Below, one piece after another: positions 1-10,184 of a DNA stretch of 64,000 nucleotides (the first letter of the stretch is position 1; each line of letters begins with the position of its first letter). The DNA is from Candidatus Hadarchaeales archaeon. Lineage in GTDB: Archaea > Hadarchaeota > Hadarchaeia > Hadarchaeales > Hadarchaeaceae. The position numbers and the translations under genes are program-made. The DNA lies in contig JAWCLG010000003.1 of NCBI GenBank assembly GCA_038851075.1, positions 1 through 64,000 on the forward strand. Reading direction: 5' to 3'. The notes under the pieces were generated by a model, which was given only the letters and a program-made list of their open reading frames with translations, was not told where the DNA came from and searched no databases.

Positions 1-75
1 CGTCGCTGGACAAGGTTTCACCGATACAGTTGGGTTCGCACCCTAGTATCGCTACTAGGGGGGACACTTCGTAGT
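1..75 (-). mobile_element. Putative group I intron in 16S rRNA after ~U793 (E. coli numbering); 5' part only
   Basis: The expected ACCCGGGTAGTCC after GGATTAGAT is replaced. P1-like helix GATACT/AGTGTC with a U.G pair at the junction; P2-like hairpin CCCTAGTA-GCGA-TACTAGGG (41-60); P-element-like CTGTATCGGTGAAACC. Confidence 0.75.
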
Positions 76-831
<756 letters not shown>

Positions 832-1039
832 TGGTTGGCCGCAAAACTGGAAATTGGCTTGGGCACCGGACCTATCTCGGACCTGAGCTCCCAGTAGCCT
901 GGTTTGTTCAGATCCACATCCATGAATCCACACCAAGAGCACGACCTTTCATTGCGTGGCCCTGCGTTTACAGGCCGCTTACTCGGATCGACGCCGTCAC
1001 ACCGCGGTGTGGACCGTGTATCACTTATGAGCAGAACCC

Positions 1040-1059
1040 TACTTAAAACTTACTTTTCG
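1040..1059 (-). promoter_or_regulatory. Probable rRNA promoter (BRE + TATA box)
   Basis: Minus strand reads CGAAAAGTAAG-TTTTAAGTA about 210 nt upstream of the 16S 5' end. Confidence 0.55.
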
Positions 1060-1146
1060 ACCTCAAACGCCAAACATTTATTCAGTACGCAATCCTCTGG
1101 CCTGCATATATTTGAGGAAAAAGTGATATGCTAATTTGGGTGAAGT

Positions 1147-1166
1147 TTACCTGAAAAACCGAAAAT
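1147..1166. repeat. Direct repeat copy 1 (TTACCTGAAAAACCGAAAAT); second copy at 2777-2795
   Basis: Identical to 2777-2795 except for one A indel; T-rich on the minus strand. Confidence 0.6.
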
Positions 1167-1612
1167 CCGGAGGTCTGTCCCCCATAGTCGCAACGACAAT
1201 CATTATGACCATAACTGTAATGTCATTAAACATCGTAGTGATCTTATAAACACGTTGCAGATATGCCCCCCTGCCGTTCTTGTCAGGGATTCGGAGAGCA
1301 CGAAAGAACCGGGACTAAGACCATGACTGAAAACGAAGACCGCGGTTAATATTCTGTTGCGCAGGGTCGAAGCACGTCCCCCTTGAGTTTACCTCAACGT
1401 ATTTTAATGGGAGCTGCCTCGCTCCTTAACAATCAGGGCGAATCCGACAGCGACGCCCCAATATGGAACTGGAGCGACTTACAACTCAAGCAAAAGATAC
1501 AGACTGATGACCGACCTTGACCAGAACATGAAGTGCTATCAAAAATACTGTTTAGGAAGCGGATGAATGCCGATAGGCATGCCACAAACACGTAAAAGCC
1601 AAAAGGCGCATT

Positions 1613-2674
1613 TCATCTTTTCCAAAGTTTCTTCAACACATAGTAGGCTAGTCGAGGTGTCTTTACATAACTGATCGGTGAAATCGCCGTGATGCCCCAC
1701 CAACCTTCATTTATGTTGTTTTGACCTGGAACATAATCGTAGTATCCGGCAGAGGCCCAGCTGGCAGTTTTATTGTGTACCGACGGATCTCCGGCTTTCC
1801 ACCACTCGTCGGACCATTCAAATACTGTGCCTCCAAGGCACCTGCCGGTGGGGCCAAGATTTGCTTCTATCTCCTCCCAAAGACTTTCGATACACCTGGA
1901 CTGTTCATACTGATTTTCCTCCTGGGTACGTGCATCCAGCGCATCACAACCCCACTCAGCAAGGATCAGGGGCTTTTTTGTTTTTGACCGATAATCAGAA
2001 AAAAGAGTCCCAAATGAACAACCTCTATACGAGCTTACCCCCCAGGCATCAAGCGAGCTCAGCGAGACATCATCAGAACCATACAGATGACTGCCAATCG
2101 TGCCTATCTCATCCTCAATAGTAATTACAGGGTGATAGTTTGGGCCCTCCTCTCTGTGCGCTGCCTGTGAAACCTCCTGCAAAAGGGTGTACCAGCATGA
2201 CCTGTCGGACTCAACATGAGAGTTTACTTCATTTCCGAACGCCCACATCAGTACAGCCGGATGATTCTTCCATTTATTTACCATGAAAATAAAATCCTCC
2301 ATTATTTTCCGGCGCACGGAAAACCTCGAAAAGTCTGCATTCCAGTCCACCCAGTAGCCCATTATAACATAAATCCCGTTGGAGTAGGCCGCATCAAGTG
2401 CATCCCTGGTCGCTTTTAACGATGAATATGTTCTGATGGTGTTCGCGCCCATCTCCTTCAGGAGGGGGAAATCGTATGTGTACGTCCCGCTGTCAGACCA
2501 CCAGCTATAACCATATTCAACGCTCTGCCCAACCGGAGTGGGGCTGTAGCAGACGCCTTTTATGACGAACGGAGAACCATTGACGGTTAGCTGGCATCTA
2601 TTAATCCTAACACGGGAAGGCATGGCATCTGGTCTATGAAACATGTGGTGCTCCTCCTTTATCTCTGGCTGCAA
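1613..2674 (-). CDS. Clan GH-A (GH2-TIM-barrel-like) glycoside hydrolase, no clear signal peptide
   Basis: FVIKGVCYSP, EMGANTIRTY, HPAVLMWAFGNEVN (acid/base NE), PLILAEWG (nucleophile), GGTVFEWSDEWWK, NEGWWGI. Confidence 0.85.
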   Translation of the reverse strand: MQPEIKEEHHMFHRPDAMPSRVRINRCQLTVNGSPFVIKGVCYSPTPVGQSVEYGYSWWSDSGTYTYDFPLLKEMGANTIRTYSSLKATRDALDAAYSNGIYVIMGYWVDWNADFSRFSVRRKIMEDFIFMVNKWKNHPAVLMWAFGNEVNSHVESDRSCWYTLLQEVSQAAHREEGPNYHPVITIEDEIGTIGSHLYGSDDVSLSSLDAWGVSSYRGCSFGTLFSDYRSKTKKPLILAEWGCDALDARTQEENQYEQSRCIESLWEEIEANLGPTGRCLGGTVFEWSDEWWKAGDPSVHNKTASWASAGYYDYVPGQNNINEGWWGITAISPISYVKTPRLAYYVLKKLWKR

Positions 2675-2776
2675 CGCCGTTATATAAATTCTAAAAGAAA
2701 CGTGCCATCAAGGGAGACCAGGCCAGAAACCCGCCGGTATTGCGAGACCAAAAAACATCAAACAAATTTTTCTGTC

Positions 2777-2795
2777 TTACCTGAAAACCGAAAAT
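2777..2795. repeat. Direct repeat copy 2 (TTACCTGAAAACCGAAAAT); possible terminator of the 1259-aa gene
   Basis: About 15 nt downstream of the stop at 2811; reads ATTTTCGGTTTTCAGGTAA on the minus strand. Confidence 0.55.
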
Positions 2796-2810
2796 TTAGG
2801 ACCAAACCCG

Positions 2811-5800
2811 TTACGCCTGCCAACTCACTGTAACACTGCTGAGGGTGGGATTATTGCTACCGCTCGGATATAAGACCGCCTTCCACCTGATGTACCGGGC
2901 CGATGAGCTTGCAATCTGGCTTCCGCTCGCATTAGGATAAGGACCTGACCAAGCCTCCCAGTTAACTCCATCGGGGCTGCTGGAAGTATAGATTTCAATC
3001 CTAGTCCCGGCTGGTACGCTGCCATTCCATCTTATAGTCCCAAAGCTTGGAGATGGATTTCCTGTATCGTTCTCAAAGATGATCGTCTTGACCTTCCTTT
3101 CGCACGCATCCAGCTTCACATTTTCCTCTGGAAGACATATGTTAAGGATCCTCATCTCATCAAGCTTACCGTTGAACCTATCGCCTTGAGCATCTAGATT
3201 ATATCCAACACCTAAATTATTTGAACAGCTCTCTGGGGATAAATAACATGTTTTTTCAGCATTGAGCGTTCCGTTAAAATAAGCTCTGAGTTTTTTTGTG
3301 ATATTGTCGAAGGTCACAGCCACATGTGTCCAACTATTGACATTTAACTCACTTGTTATTAAAGTTTCGTTCCAACCATCATGATAAAACCCTGCCGCAA
3401 GACTATTGGAGAAACCTTGACAGCAAATACCATAGCCTCTCTTATTGCTTTCCCCCTTTTCTATTATTCTGCCCCAGTCCTCACTCTGCGTTGAAGGGTT
3501 AATCCAAAATTCAATCGTGAAAGAGCCTGTGATATCAAGTGTAGATGAGTGATAAACTATGAATCCAGTATCCCACTCACTATAATCGAATTGCAGTCCT
3601 TTAGAAAATTTTCCGGTTGTCCACTTAGGACTAGAGCCGGAAAAATACCCACGGTTATTATTTCCGCTGCTGTCACCAACTGTATAGCCACTCCCCTCAT
3701 TCATGTGCCATAAAGCCACGGTGCCGGGTATTGCATCAAGCTCATTTGGCTGGTCGCATGTCCAAGGCCCATTTATAGTCCAAGTGTACGTCTGCGGCTG
3801 CTTCACCTTCAGCAAGTAATTATATTTATCTTCCCGACCACCGCTCGCAGATTTAAGCTCAATCTGGTACTGCCCCTCAGGGACCCCAGCGTCCACGCTT
3901 ATCCTGAGCGTCGAAGAGAAAGTTGGAGTTCCACTGTCAGGTATGAAAGTAACAGTTATTCCACTGGGAGCTGTCGCTGTGAGCTGCAAGGTCTGACTGT
4001 AACCACCGATGCTCTCAACGTTTACGGTCTGATCCAGAGTACCTCCTGGTGGCACGATTCCGGAAAGCGGCGCCTGAACCATATAAGTCGGTTGAGGTGT
4101 CCATCTTATGTAATCTACATAGTATGTGAAACTGCTCAGAACATCCGCTGTTATCTTGAATGGAAGCTTCATGTGCTCCAGGTCGACCGGGCCAAAATCG
4201 GAAACAGGCACGACAACCTCCTGCCAAACGCCAGTCTTCTTATTGTCGAACCCATACCGGGATAGGTCAAGAAACGGAGAGTTCTCAAATAGATCCTCCA
4301 GCTGAATCCTCATGTTTTCGTTATCCTGAAGCGGTCGAGATATTTTTATGTAAAATCTCAAGTCACAGTCGGTGTGGGTCGTAAAGTTATCTCCCATAGT
4401 TGGGTTATTTCTGTAAAGAACGACTCCAAAACCGCAGTAGCTATCATTAGGTGGTTTTTTTATCTCATAGTAGTTTTCTTTGTCTCCTGGAGCCCCATTC
4501 CAGTCATTCCGACTAATAACGCAACCTTCAGGCCAAACATAAACATCCGATTCTCTCGGCAAAAGTCCAAAGTCGCTGTATATCTTAAGATTTTCCGCTA
4601 GTCCGACATTTATGGTGTAAATATGCTCGCGCGATATGCTGCCATCGCTGGCTCTGATTATCAAATCATAGACTCCGCTCAAACTCTTCGTGACACTGAT
4701 ATTCATTATTGACTCAAAACCTGGTATTCCCGATTCCTTGGAAAGAGTAACCCCCATACCGCTCGGCGCCCCCTCAACAGAAAGCGTGACGACGCCTTGA
4801 TACAGATTATCTCGAAGCACCGCTATCGGAACTGAAAGATATCCATACGGACTCACGGTTCCCCATCTGGGTGCGACAATGCGGAATCCCTGAGGGCCAC
4901 GCGTTCCCTTTATAAGGCGTATATTGTCGACGTAAATGTTCTCACTTCTGCCAGTGTATATGTTTGAAAGGGTAATGTTCCACGGTATTCTCACTTTTTT
5001 GAAATTAACGGAACCTATCACGGAAGAAAACGCGCTGAGAGGGATAAGCACCTCCTGCCACTCCCTGCCAACGGTGATATAGTCAGATACTCTGTACTCC
5101 ACTTCTTTCCCTCCTCCGTTGACGGAAATTGAAAATCTGGCGCCCAAATTGTCGCTTCTCGCCCAGAAGCTCAGATGGGTGTACTCGGAAATGTCTTTAG
5201 CTGGATAAAAATTATTATAGAACCCACCCCAGTAACCGTGATTGTTGGTGTATTCCATTTTCCAGCACCCGGAGATGTCCTGAGGGCTGCCCACAGTCAA
5301 ATCGACCCTCGGCATGTTAAAAACCCAGGGTGGGGCGTTCTTTGAACCGTCTCCGCCGTCATAAAATAACGGTGGGTTCATTCCGTTTTCGTTCTTCGGA
5401 CCACCGAAAAGCAAATATGATGAAGGCTGGGTAGAAGGGCCATAAAGCACCGTGACGTTTCCGCGGTATGTGTGAGTGTTGTTGCTCGAATCTCTGACCG
5501 ATAGTTTGACCATGTGTGTTCCCGGAGGAGCGTTGTACCATACGGGGTCGCGAGAAACATTATCGACTGTACCATCATCTCCATAATCCCAATTCCATTC
5601 AACTATAGATGACTGGGAAACGGAGAGATCAGTGAACTTGATGTTCTCGCCCTGCTGAACGTATTCGAAGTATGCCCACTGCCTGAATATCCAGTTAACG
5701 TTGTCAATATAAATCGCGTTGTTAGCTGGAACTGCCGTAACCACAAAAACACCGTATAGGTTGTTCATATGAACTCCAGTAAAACTAGTTCTCGGTATTG

Positions 5801-6590
5801 AGACTTTCTGCCAGTTATTCGGCTGCCCAGGGATCCACCCGAAATCTGATATATTGACCAAAGATTCGGCATTATAAAAGTCCTTAATGCCTACCTTGAA
5901 GTTAGTTCCGCTTTTTACCCAAAAATCTAGACTTTCGGCATCAGAGAGGTCTATTCCATCAATGCTGACGGCGTAAACACCCCACCCAAAATCAGAACTG
6001 CAATTTGAATACGCTCTAGTCACTCCTTCCGGTGAATCGTTTAAATCAACCTTGAAAGCATCCATATCTATGCTCTCCGGCCAAGTGTAAATATCGGTCC
6101 CTACTGGAATTCCAAAATCGCTCAGAACTTTGAAATACCAGATTTTGGTTTCAATTATTTCCTCAATCGAAGGTACGGTCACTATGCTTGAGGCCAGAAT
6201 GACGCCACTTGGTCTATGGATAAGACTCGAATTTAATTTTAAACCTCCTAACTCTCGGGGTACGTTCACCACCAAATTCTCTCCAACACTAAAAACACCT
6301 GTAGAGGTTCTGAGCGAGTCTCCCACAAATTCGTAACGCTGCCCCCCAATATCTACTCTAACAACAAGGTCCTTCGCCGAAACAGACTGTCCTCCTGTGT
6401 GCACGAATATAATGGCGGGCCCTCCCTTTTCTCCACCTAAAATTCTCAGATCAAGATTGGGGGCAGCGTTGCCCGGCAGAAGTCCAAAAAGATAAAGTGC
6501 CAGAGCGCCAACGCTGGTGACAATTAAAGCAAATACTAGGATAACTACCACTATCTCCGAAACCCCTCTACGCCCGGCAGGAGCAAACAT
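2811..6590 (-). CDS. Giant type IV pilin-like surface protein (class III signal) with three CBM-like jelly-roll domains, PKD, Ig-like and LamG domains
   Basis: RRG/VSEIVVVILVFALIV N-terminus and a DUF1628-like HTGGQSV..DLVV segment; DLSDAESLDFWVK, DISEYTHLSFWAR..WQEVLIPLSAF; PKD WNWDYGDDG; LamG SFTIEFWIN..WTHVAVTFD..FNGKLDEMRI. Confidence 0.85.
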   Translation of the reverse strand: MFAPAGRRGVSEIVVVILVFALIVTSVGALALYLFGLLPGNAAPNLDLRILGGEKGGPAIIFVHTGGQSVSAKDLVVRVDIGGQRYEFVGDSLRTSTGVFSVGENLVVNVPRELGGLKLNSSLIHRPSGVILASSIVTVPSIEEIIETKIWYFKVLSDFGIPVGTDIYTWPESIDMDAFKVDLNDSPEGVTRAYSNCSSDFGWGVYAVSIDGIDLSDAESLDFWVKSGTNFKVGIKDFYNAESLVNISDFGWIPGQPNNWQKVSIPRTSFTGVHMNNLYGVFVVTAVPANNAIYIDNVNWIFRQWAYFEYVQQGENIKFTDLSVSQSSIVEWNWDYGDDGTVDNVSRDPVWYNAPPGTHMVKLSVRDSSNNTHTYRGNVTVLYGPSTQPSSYLLFGGPKNENGMNPPLFYDGGDGSKNAPPWVFNMPRVDLTVGSPQDISGCWKMEYTNNHGYWGGFYNNFYPAKDISEYTHLSFWARSDNLGARFSISVNGGGKEVEYRVSDYITVGREWQEVLIPLSAFSSVIGSVNFKKVRIPWNITLSNIYTGRSENIYVDNIRLIKGTRGPQGFRIVAPRWGTVSPYGYLSVPIAVLRDNLYQGVVTLSVEGAPSGMGVTLSKESGIPGFESIMNISVTKSLSGVYDLIIRASDGSISREHIYTINVGLAENLKIYSDFGLLPRESDVYVWPEGCVISRNDWNGAPGDKENYYEIKKPPNDSYCGFGVVLYRNNPTMGDNFTTHTDCDLRFYIKISRPLQDNENMRIQLEDLFENSPFLDLSRYGFDNKKTGVWQEVVVPVSDFGPVDLEHMKLPFKITADVLSSFTYYVDYIRWTPQPTYMVQAPLSGIVPPGGTLDQTVNVESIGGYSQTLQLTATAPSGITVTFIPDSGTPTFSSTLRISVDAGVPEGQYQIELKSASGGREDKYNYLLKVKQPQTYTWTINGPWTCDQPNELDAIPGTVALWHMNEGSGYTVGDSSGNNNRGYFSGSSPKWTTGKFSKGLQFDYSEWDTGFIVYHSSTLDITGSFTIEFWINPSTQSEDWGRIIEKGESNKRGYGICCQGFSNSLAAGFYHDGWNETLITSELNVNSWTHVAVTFDNITKKLRAYFNGTLNAEKTCYLSPESCSNNLGVGYNLDAQGDRFNGKLDEMRILNICLPEENVKLDACERKVKTIIFENDTGNPSPSFGTIRWNGSVPAGTRIEIYTSSSPDGVNWEAWSGPYPNASGSQIASSSARYIRWKAVLYPSGSNNPTLSSVTVSWQA

Positions 6591-6677
6591 CGCCTATCCA
6601 TTATAATTATACATGGGCTGAAACTAAAAAACTAACCTCCGGCGGCCACCGGTCACTATAACTTACGAAATCGGCCT

Positions 6678-7313
6678 CTACACTGGCCTTACGGCTATCC
6701 CGGTGCTGTATGTCCCGACCTCACCGTCGTCATCGGTGACCCTGAGAGTGACCGTGAAAATCGTTTCCGTGATGATGCCGCCAGAATACACGTGAGATGG
6801 GTTTCTGGCGCTTGAGGTGTTGCCGTCTCCAAAGTCCCAGTGCCAGGTCACAATGCTGCCGTTGCCGTCATGGGAAAGATCTGTGAAATGAACGGTTTCT
6901 CCGGCAAAAGGCCACACAGGAGAATATGAGAAATACGCCCTGGGAGCGGTAGTACTCCTTATCACGATATTCTCCGCGAACGAACTGTATTTCCCGCTTC
7001 GATCTTTCACCGTGAGGGAAACGGTATACGTTCCGCCTGAGCGGTAGATGTGCACCGGATTCTGTTCCCCCGACGTGGTGCCGTCCCCGAACTCCCAGAA
7101 GTACTCCGCTATGTCGCCGTCGGCATCCTCGGACCTGTCATGAAAACTGACCGCGCTGCCGTTTTCGGAAGTGTCGACGGTGTAAACGAACCGTGCGACC
7201 GGTGGATTGATTCCAGCGGGCCCCGGAGCCGGGCAACAGAAGGTGAAAAACAGCGAAAAAACAAACAGAACCGAAACGAACATCACCGCTATAAGGATCA
7301 GGCTCAACCTCAT
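6678..7313 (-). CDS. Membrane-anchored or lipoprotein double-PKD protein
   Basis: Hydrophobic N-terminus ending FTFCC; two PKD motifs WEFGDGTTS..NPVHIY and WDFGDGNTS..NPSHVY. Confidence 0.85.
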   Translation of the reverse strand: MRLSLILIAVMFVSVLFVFSLFFTFCCPAPGPAGINPPVARFVYTVDTSENGSAVSFHDRSEDADGDIAEYFWEFGDGTTSGEQNPVHIYRSGGTYTVSLTVKDRSGKYSSFAENIVIRSTTAPRAYFSYSPVWPFAGETVHFTDLSHDGNGSIVTWHWDFGDGNTSSARNPSHVYSGGIITETIFTVTLRVTDDDGEVGTYSTGIAVRPV

Positions 7314-7315
7314 TT

Positions 7316-10087
7316 TTATCCACCGGGAACCGACGTATCCCTGATGACCCTCACATTGTCAAAATGAACCGTGACGCTCTTTCCGGTGAAAAGGTCGGTG
7401 AAGCCGATAATCCAGGGCAGGCTGAGGCTTGAGAAGTCCACCGAACCGAACGTGCAAGAGAAGTCACATAGAGGTATCCGCACCTCCTGCCATTCTCCGG
7501 TTAGGCTGACATATTTGCTCAGCGGCATTTTGACCTCGTTACCCCCTCCCTTCATCCCTATCAGGAAGTTCTCATCACCGGGATTTCCCTTGACCCAGAA
7601 GACCAGATGCGTGTAATCTCGGTAACTCTGTGTTGAGTTAAATTGGCAGTAAAATCCACCCCAGTATCCAGGACCGTTTGTGTAGCTCACAATCCAGCTC
7701 CTGCCCGAGTCTCCGGGACTTCCCTGGTTTGAAACCTCAGCCACATTTATCGTCCATGGGGGACTATCCCTAGATCCATCTCCTCCATCAAAATAATGAA
7801 GCGCGCCATCCAGATTCGGCCCCAGTCCGCTGTCGGTGTACAGCAACCTGTCCGGCAGAGACGCACCTCCTGTCACCGTGACGTTTCCCACATAGCTGCG
7901 CTTCCTGCCAGAAATGTCCTCAACTGTAAGCTTCACCTTAAAAGTTCCGGGTTCTAAGCCGGTGAATTCCGGATTTTGCTCCGTGCTGTCAACCGATCCA
8001 TCGTCGAACAGGTCCCATTTCCAGCTGACTATCTGGGCCACGGATTTCGATCTGTCCTCCATCTTAACCCTGTTGGGCCCGGTCTGCGTGAAGGTGAAAT
8101 CCGCTTTTATCGGGAAGACCCAGACCACATTGTCAAAATCTAGTCTTACATACGGATCCGAAGTGAGAATCATCGGGGCAAATGTTTTTTTGAGTATATT
8201 GCTGTCAAACTCCCATGCCGGAATAATAACCTCCTGCCACTCCTTGGCCCTTGAAACATCCCAATACTTATAGAGATAAACTTCACTCTTAGACCCCACT
8301 GTATTCCAGGGAGTTCTATCTCCAATCCCGACCTTTATGGAAACTGAATCATGGCTTTTTATCCAGAATTTAAACCAGCCCGCAGAGGAAAGGTCCAGAT
8401 CCCCGGTGTGCGCCATCAGGTACACACAGGATGCCCATATACCATCCCACTTCTCAAAATACGCGTGAAAGTGCCCTTCGGGTGATTCATCGCCGTTGTC
8501 AAATTTGAGCACGTGTTTATGCTCAGTCCCCGAAGCACTCCAAACCTGGATGTCTGCTCCGGGCGGCAAAAGCACCGGATCTCCATTATAGACAACGAAG
8601 TAGTCAAAATCGCCCTGTCCATCGAAGATGCAGTACACTCCATTTTTTGACGAAACATAAATCCTTCCGGATGTAACCGCCATGCATGAGCTCACGTACC
8701 CGACCATCAGCTTCCAGACCCTCTCCCCGGTATCAGGATTGAAGCAGTAAACCTCTCCGTCCGTGTTATATCCTCCGGCAACGTAGACTCCGTTGGCGGC
8801 CACCGTGACCGGAGAAGTGCCAAAACGGTCAAGAGGAGACTTCCACAGCTCCTCTCCGTTTTCAGCACAGAAACAGTAAATTTTTGAGTTCGAATTTACC
8901 TGGGTGGCTATGTAAACCTTTCCGTCAGACACCGTCGGACTGATCGAGCTGTCAGAATATATTCCACCTTTTTCCCAGACAACATTGCCTTTTTCCGCAT
9001 CAAGACAGAAAATCCTGCTTCCATCTGCCAGGTAAACCCTTCCTCCCACGATAACCGGAGAAGAGCGAAGCGCATCTACATTAACATAGTTCCATATCTT
9101 CGTTCCGTCCGCGGCGTTGAGGCAGTACACATTTTTATCCAGGCTGCAAAGGAAGACCTTTCCTTCTGAAAAAGCCGGTGTACCAGAAATAGTTCCGCCA
9201 GTTTTAAATCTCCACCTCAGGCTACCGCTATCTGCATCGAGACAGTAGAGATAGGCGTCATCGGCCCCGACGTAAACCCTCCCCTCAACGACAGTGGGAG
9301 AGGAGGTTGGATAGCCTCCCAGCTCATAGTCCCAGACCAGAGCGCCCGTTTCCGCATTCACACAGTGGAAATTCTTGGCAAATTTCTTATAAGACGCGAA
9401 ATATACTCTTCCCTTCCAAACTGCAGGTGATCCCACATTTCCGCTGGTTGTGTAACTCCAGAGAGACATTCCCGTCATCGAGTCAAGACAGACCAGCTTT
9501 GCGCCATCGCCGACATACACTTTCCCATTAGAAACAGCTGGCGATGTCAAAGTCCCATTTGGGTAACGCCACAGGAGCATGCCTTTCAAGGGTCCATCTT
9601 CCCAGGTCGATCCGCTGTTTGCGGAATCGTGCATGAACATTGGCCAGCCGCGGGCGGGTGGCACGCTGATCTCCGCAGAAGCGAGAATGGTGCCGGAAGG
9701 CTTGTGGACCAATGTGGCCGTGAGATTTTCTCCGCACATTTGACCCGGTATATCAGAATATAAGTTTTCTTCCGGCTCGAACAGTTTCTTGCTGGATGTG
9801 GACCGGGGACCGTCATTTACAAAACAGAAATCACCGTCGGAGAGTATTATCCTCATCTGCGCCTCGGGTATTACCTCCCCACCTATGTGCGTGAAATTAA
9901 CAGTATAGTCGTCGCCGCTTTCGCCGACTGATATCTTCAAATCAAGGTTTGGGGAAACCGAACCCGGAAGAAGGTTTGAAAGAAATAGAGAAACACCGCT
10001 CACGCCACTAAGAACGATTGAAAAAACCATCAGAACCGATACGACTTCAGACACGCCTCTTCGGCCCGACAGCTTTACGCCTGACAT
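7316..10087 (-). CDS. Large type IV pilin-like protein (class III signal) with PQQ/BamB-type beta-propeller, two CBM-like domains and PKD
   Basis: RRG/VSEVVSVLMVFSIV; HIGGE; repeated SSP.V..G.VY...LYCLDA..G...W blades; DLSSAGWFKFWIK; YTHLVFWVKG..WQEVRIPL. Confidence 0.85.
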   Translation of the reverse strand: MSGVKLSGRRGVSEVVSVLMVFSIVLSGVSGVSLFLSNLLPGSVSPNLDLKISVGESGDDYTVNFTHIGGEVIPEAQMRIILSDGDFCFVNDGPRSTSSKKLFEPEENLYSDIPGQMCGENLTATLVHKPSGTILASAEISVPPARGWPMFMHDSANSGSTWEDGPLKGMLLWRYPNGTLTSPAVSNGKVYVGDGAKLVCLDSMTGMSLWSYTTSGNVGSPAVWKGRVYFASYKKFAKNFHCVNAETGALVWDYELGGYPTSSPTVVEGRVYVGADDAYLYCLDADSGSLRWRFKTGGTISGTPAFSEGKVFLCSLDKNVYCLNAADGTKIWNYVNVDALRSSPVIVGGRVYLADGSRIFCLDAEKGNVVWEKGGIYSDSSISPTVSDGKVYIATQVNSNSKIYCFCAENGEELWKSPLDRFGTSPVTVAANGVYVAGGYNTDGEVYCFNPDTGERVWKLMVGYVSSCMAVTSGRIYVSSKNGVYCIFDGQGDFDYFVVYNGDPVLLPPGADIQVWSASGTEHKHVLKFDNGDESPEGHFHAYFEKWDGIWASCVYLMAHTGDLDLSSAGWFKFWIKSHDSVSIKVGIGDRTPWNTVGSKSEVYLYKYWDVSRAKEWQEVIIPAWEFDSNILKKTFAPMILTSDPYVRLDFDNVVWVFPIKADFTFTQTGPNRVKMEDRSKSVAQIVSWKWDLFDDGSVDSTEQNPEFTGLEPGTFKVKLTVEDISGRKRSYVGNVTVTGGASLPDRLLYTDSGLGPNLDGALHYFDGGDGSRDSPPWTINVAEVSNQGSPGDSGRSWIVSYTNGPGYWGGFYCQFNSTQSYRDYTHLVFWVKGNPGDENFLIGMKGGGNEVKMPLSKYVSLTGEWQEVRIPLCDFSCTFGSVDFSSLSLPWIIGFTDLFTGKSVTVHFDNVRVIRDTSVPGG

Positions 10088-10184
10088 GACCCCCGAAAAA
10101 AATTCTAAAAGAGCTATTTTTTATTGCTTTATCCTAATTTTGGGCTGATTTTGACTTTTAATAGCGCAAGATGGCGCGTTGCCA

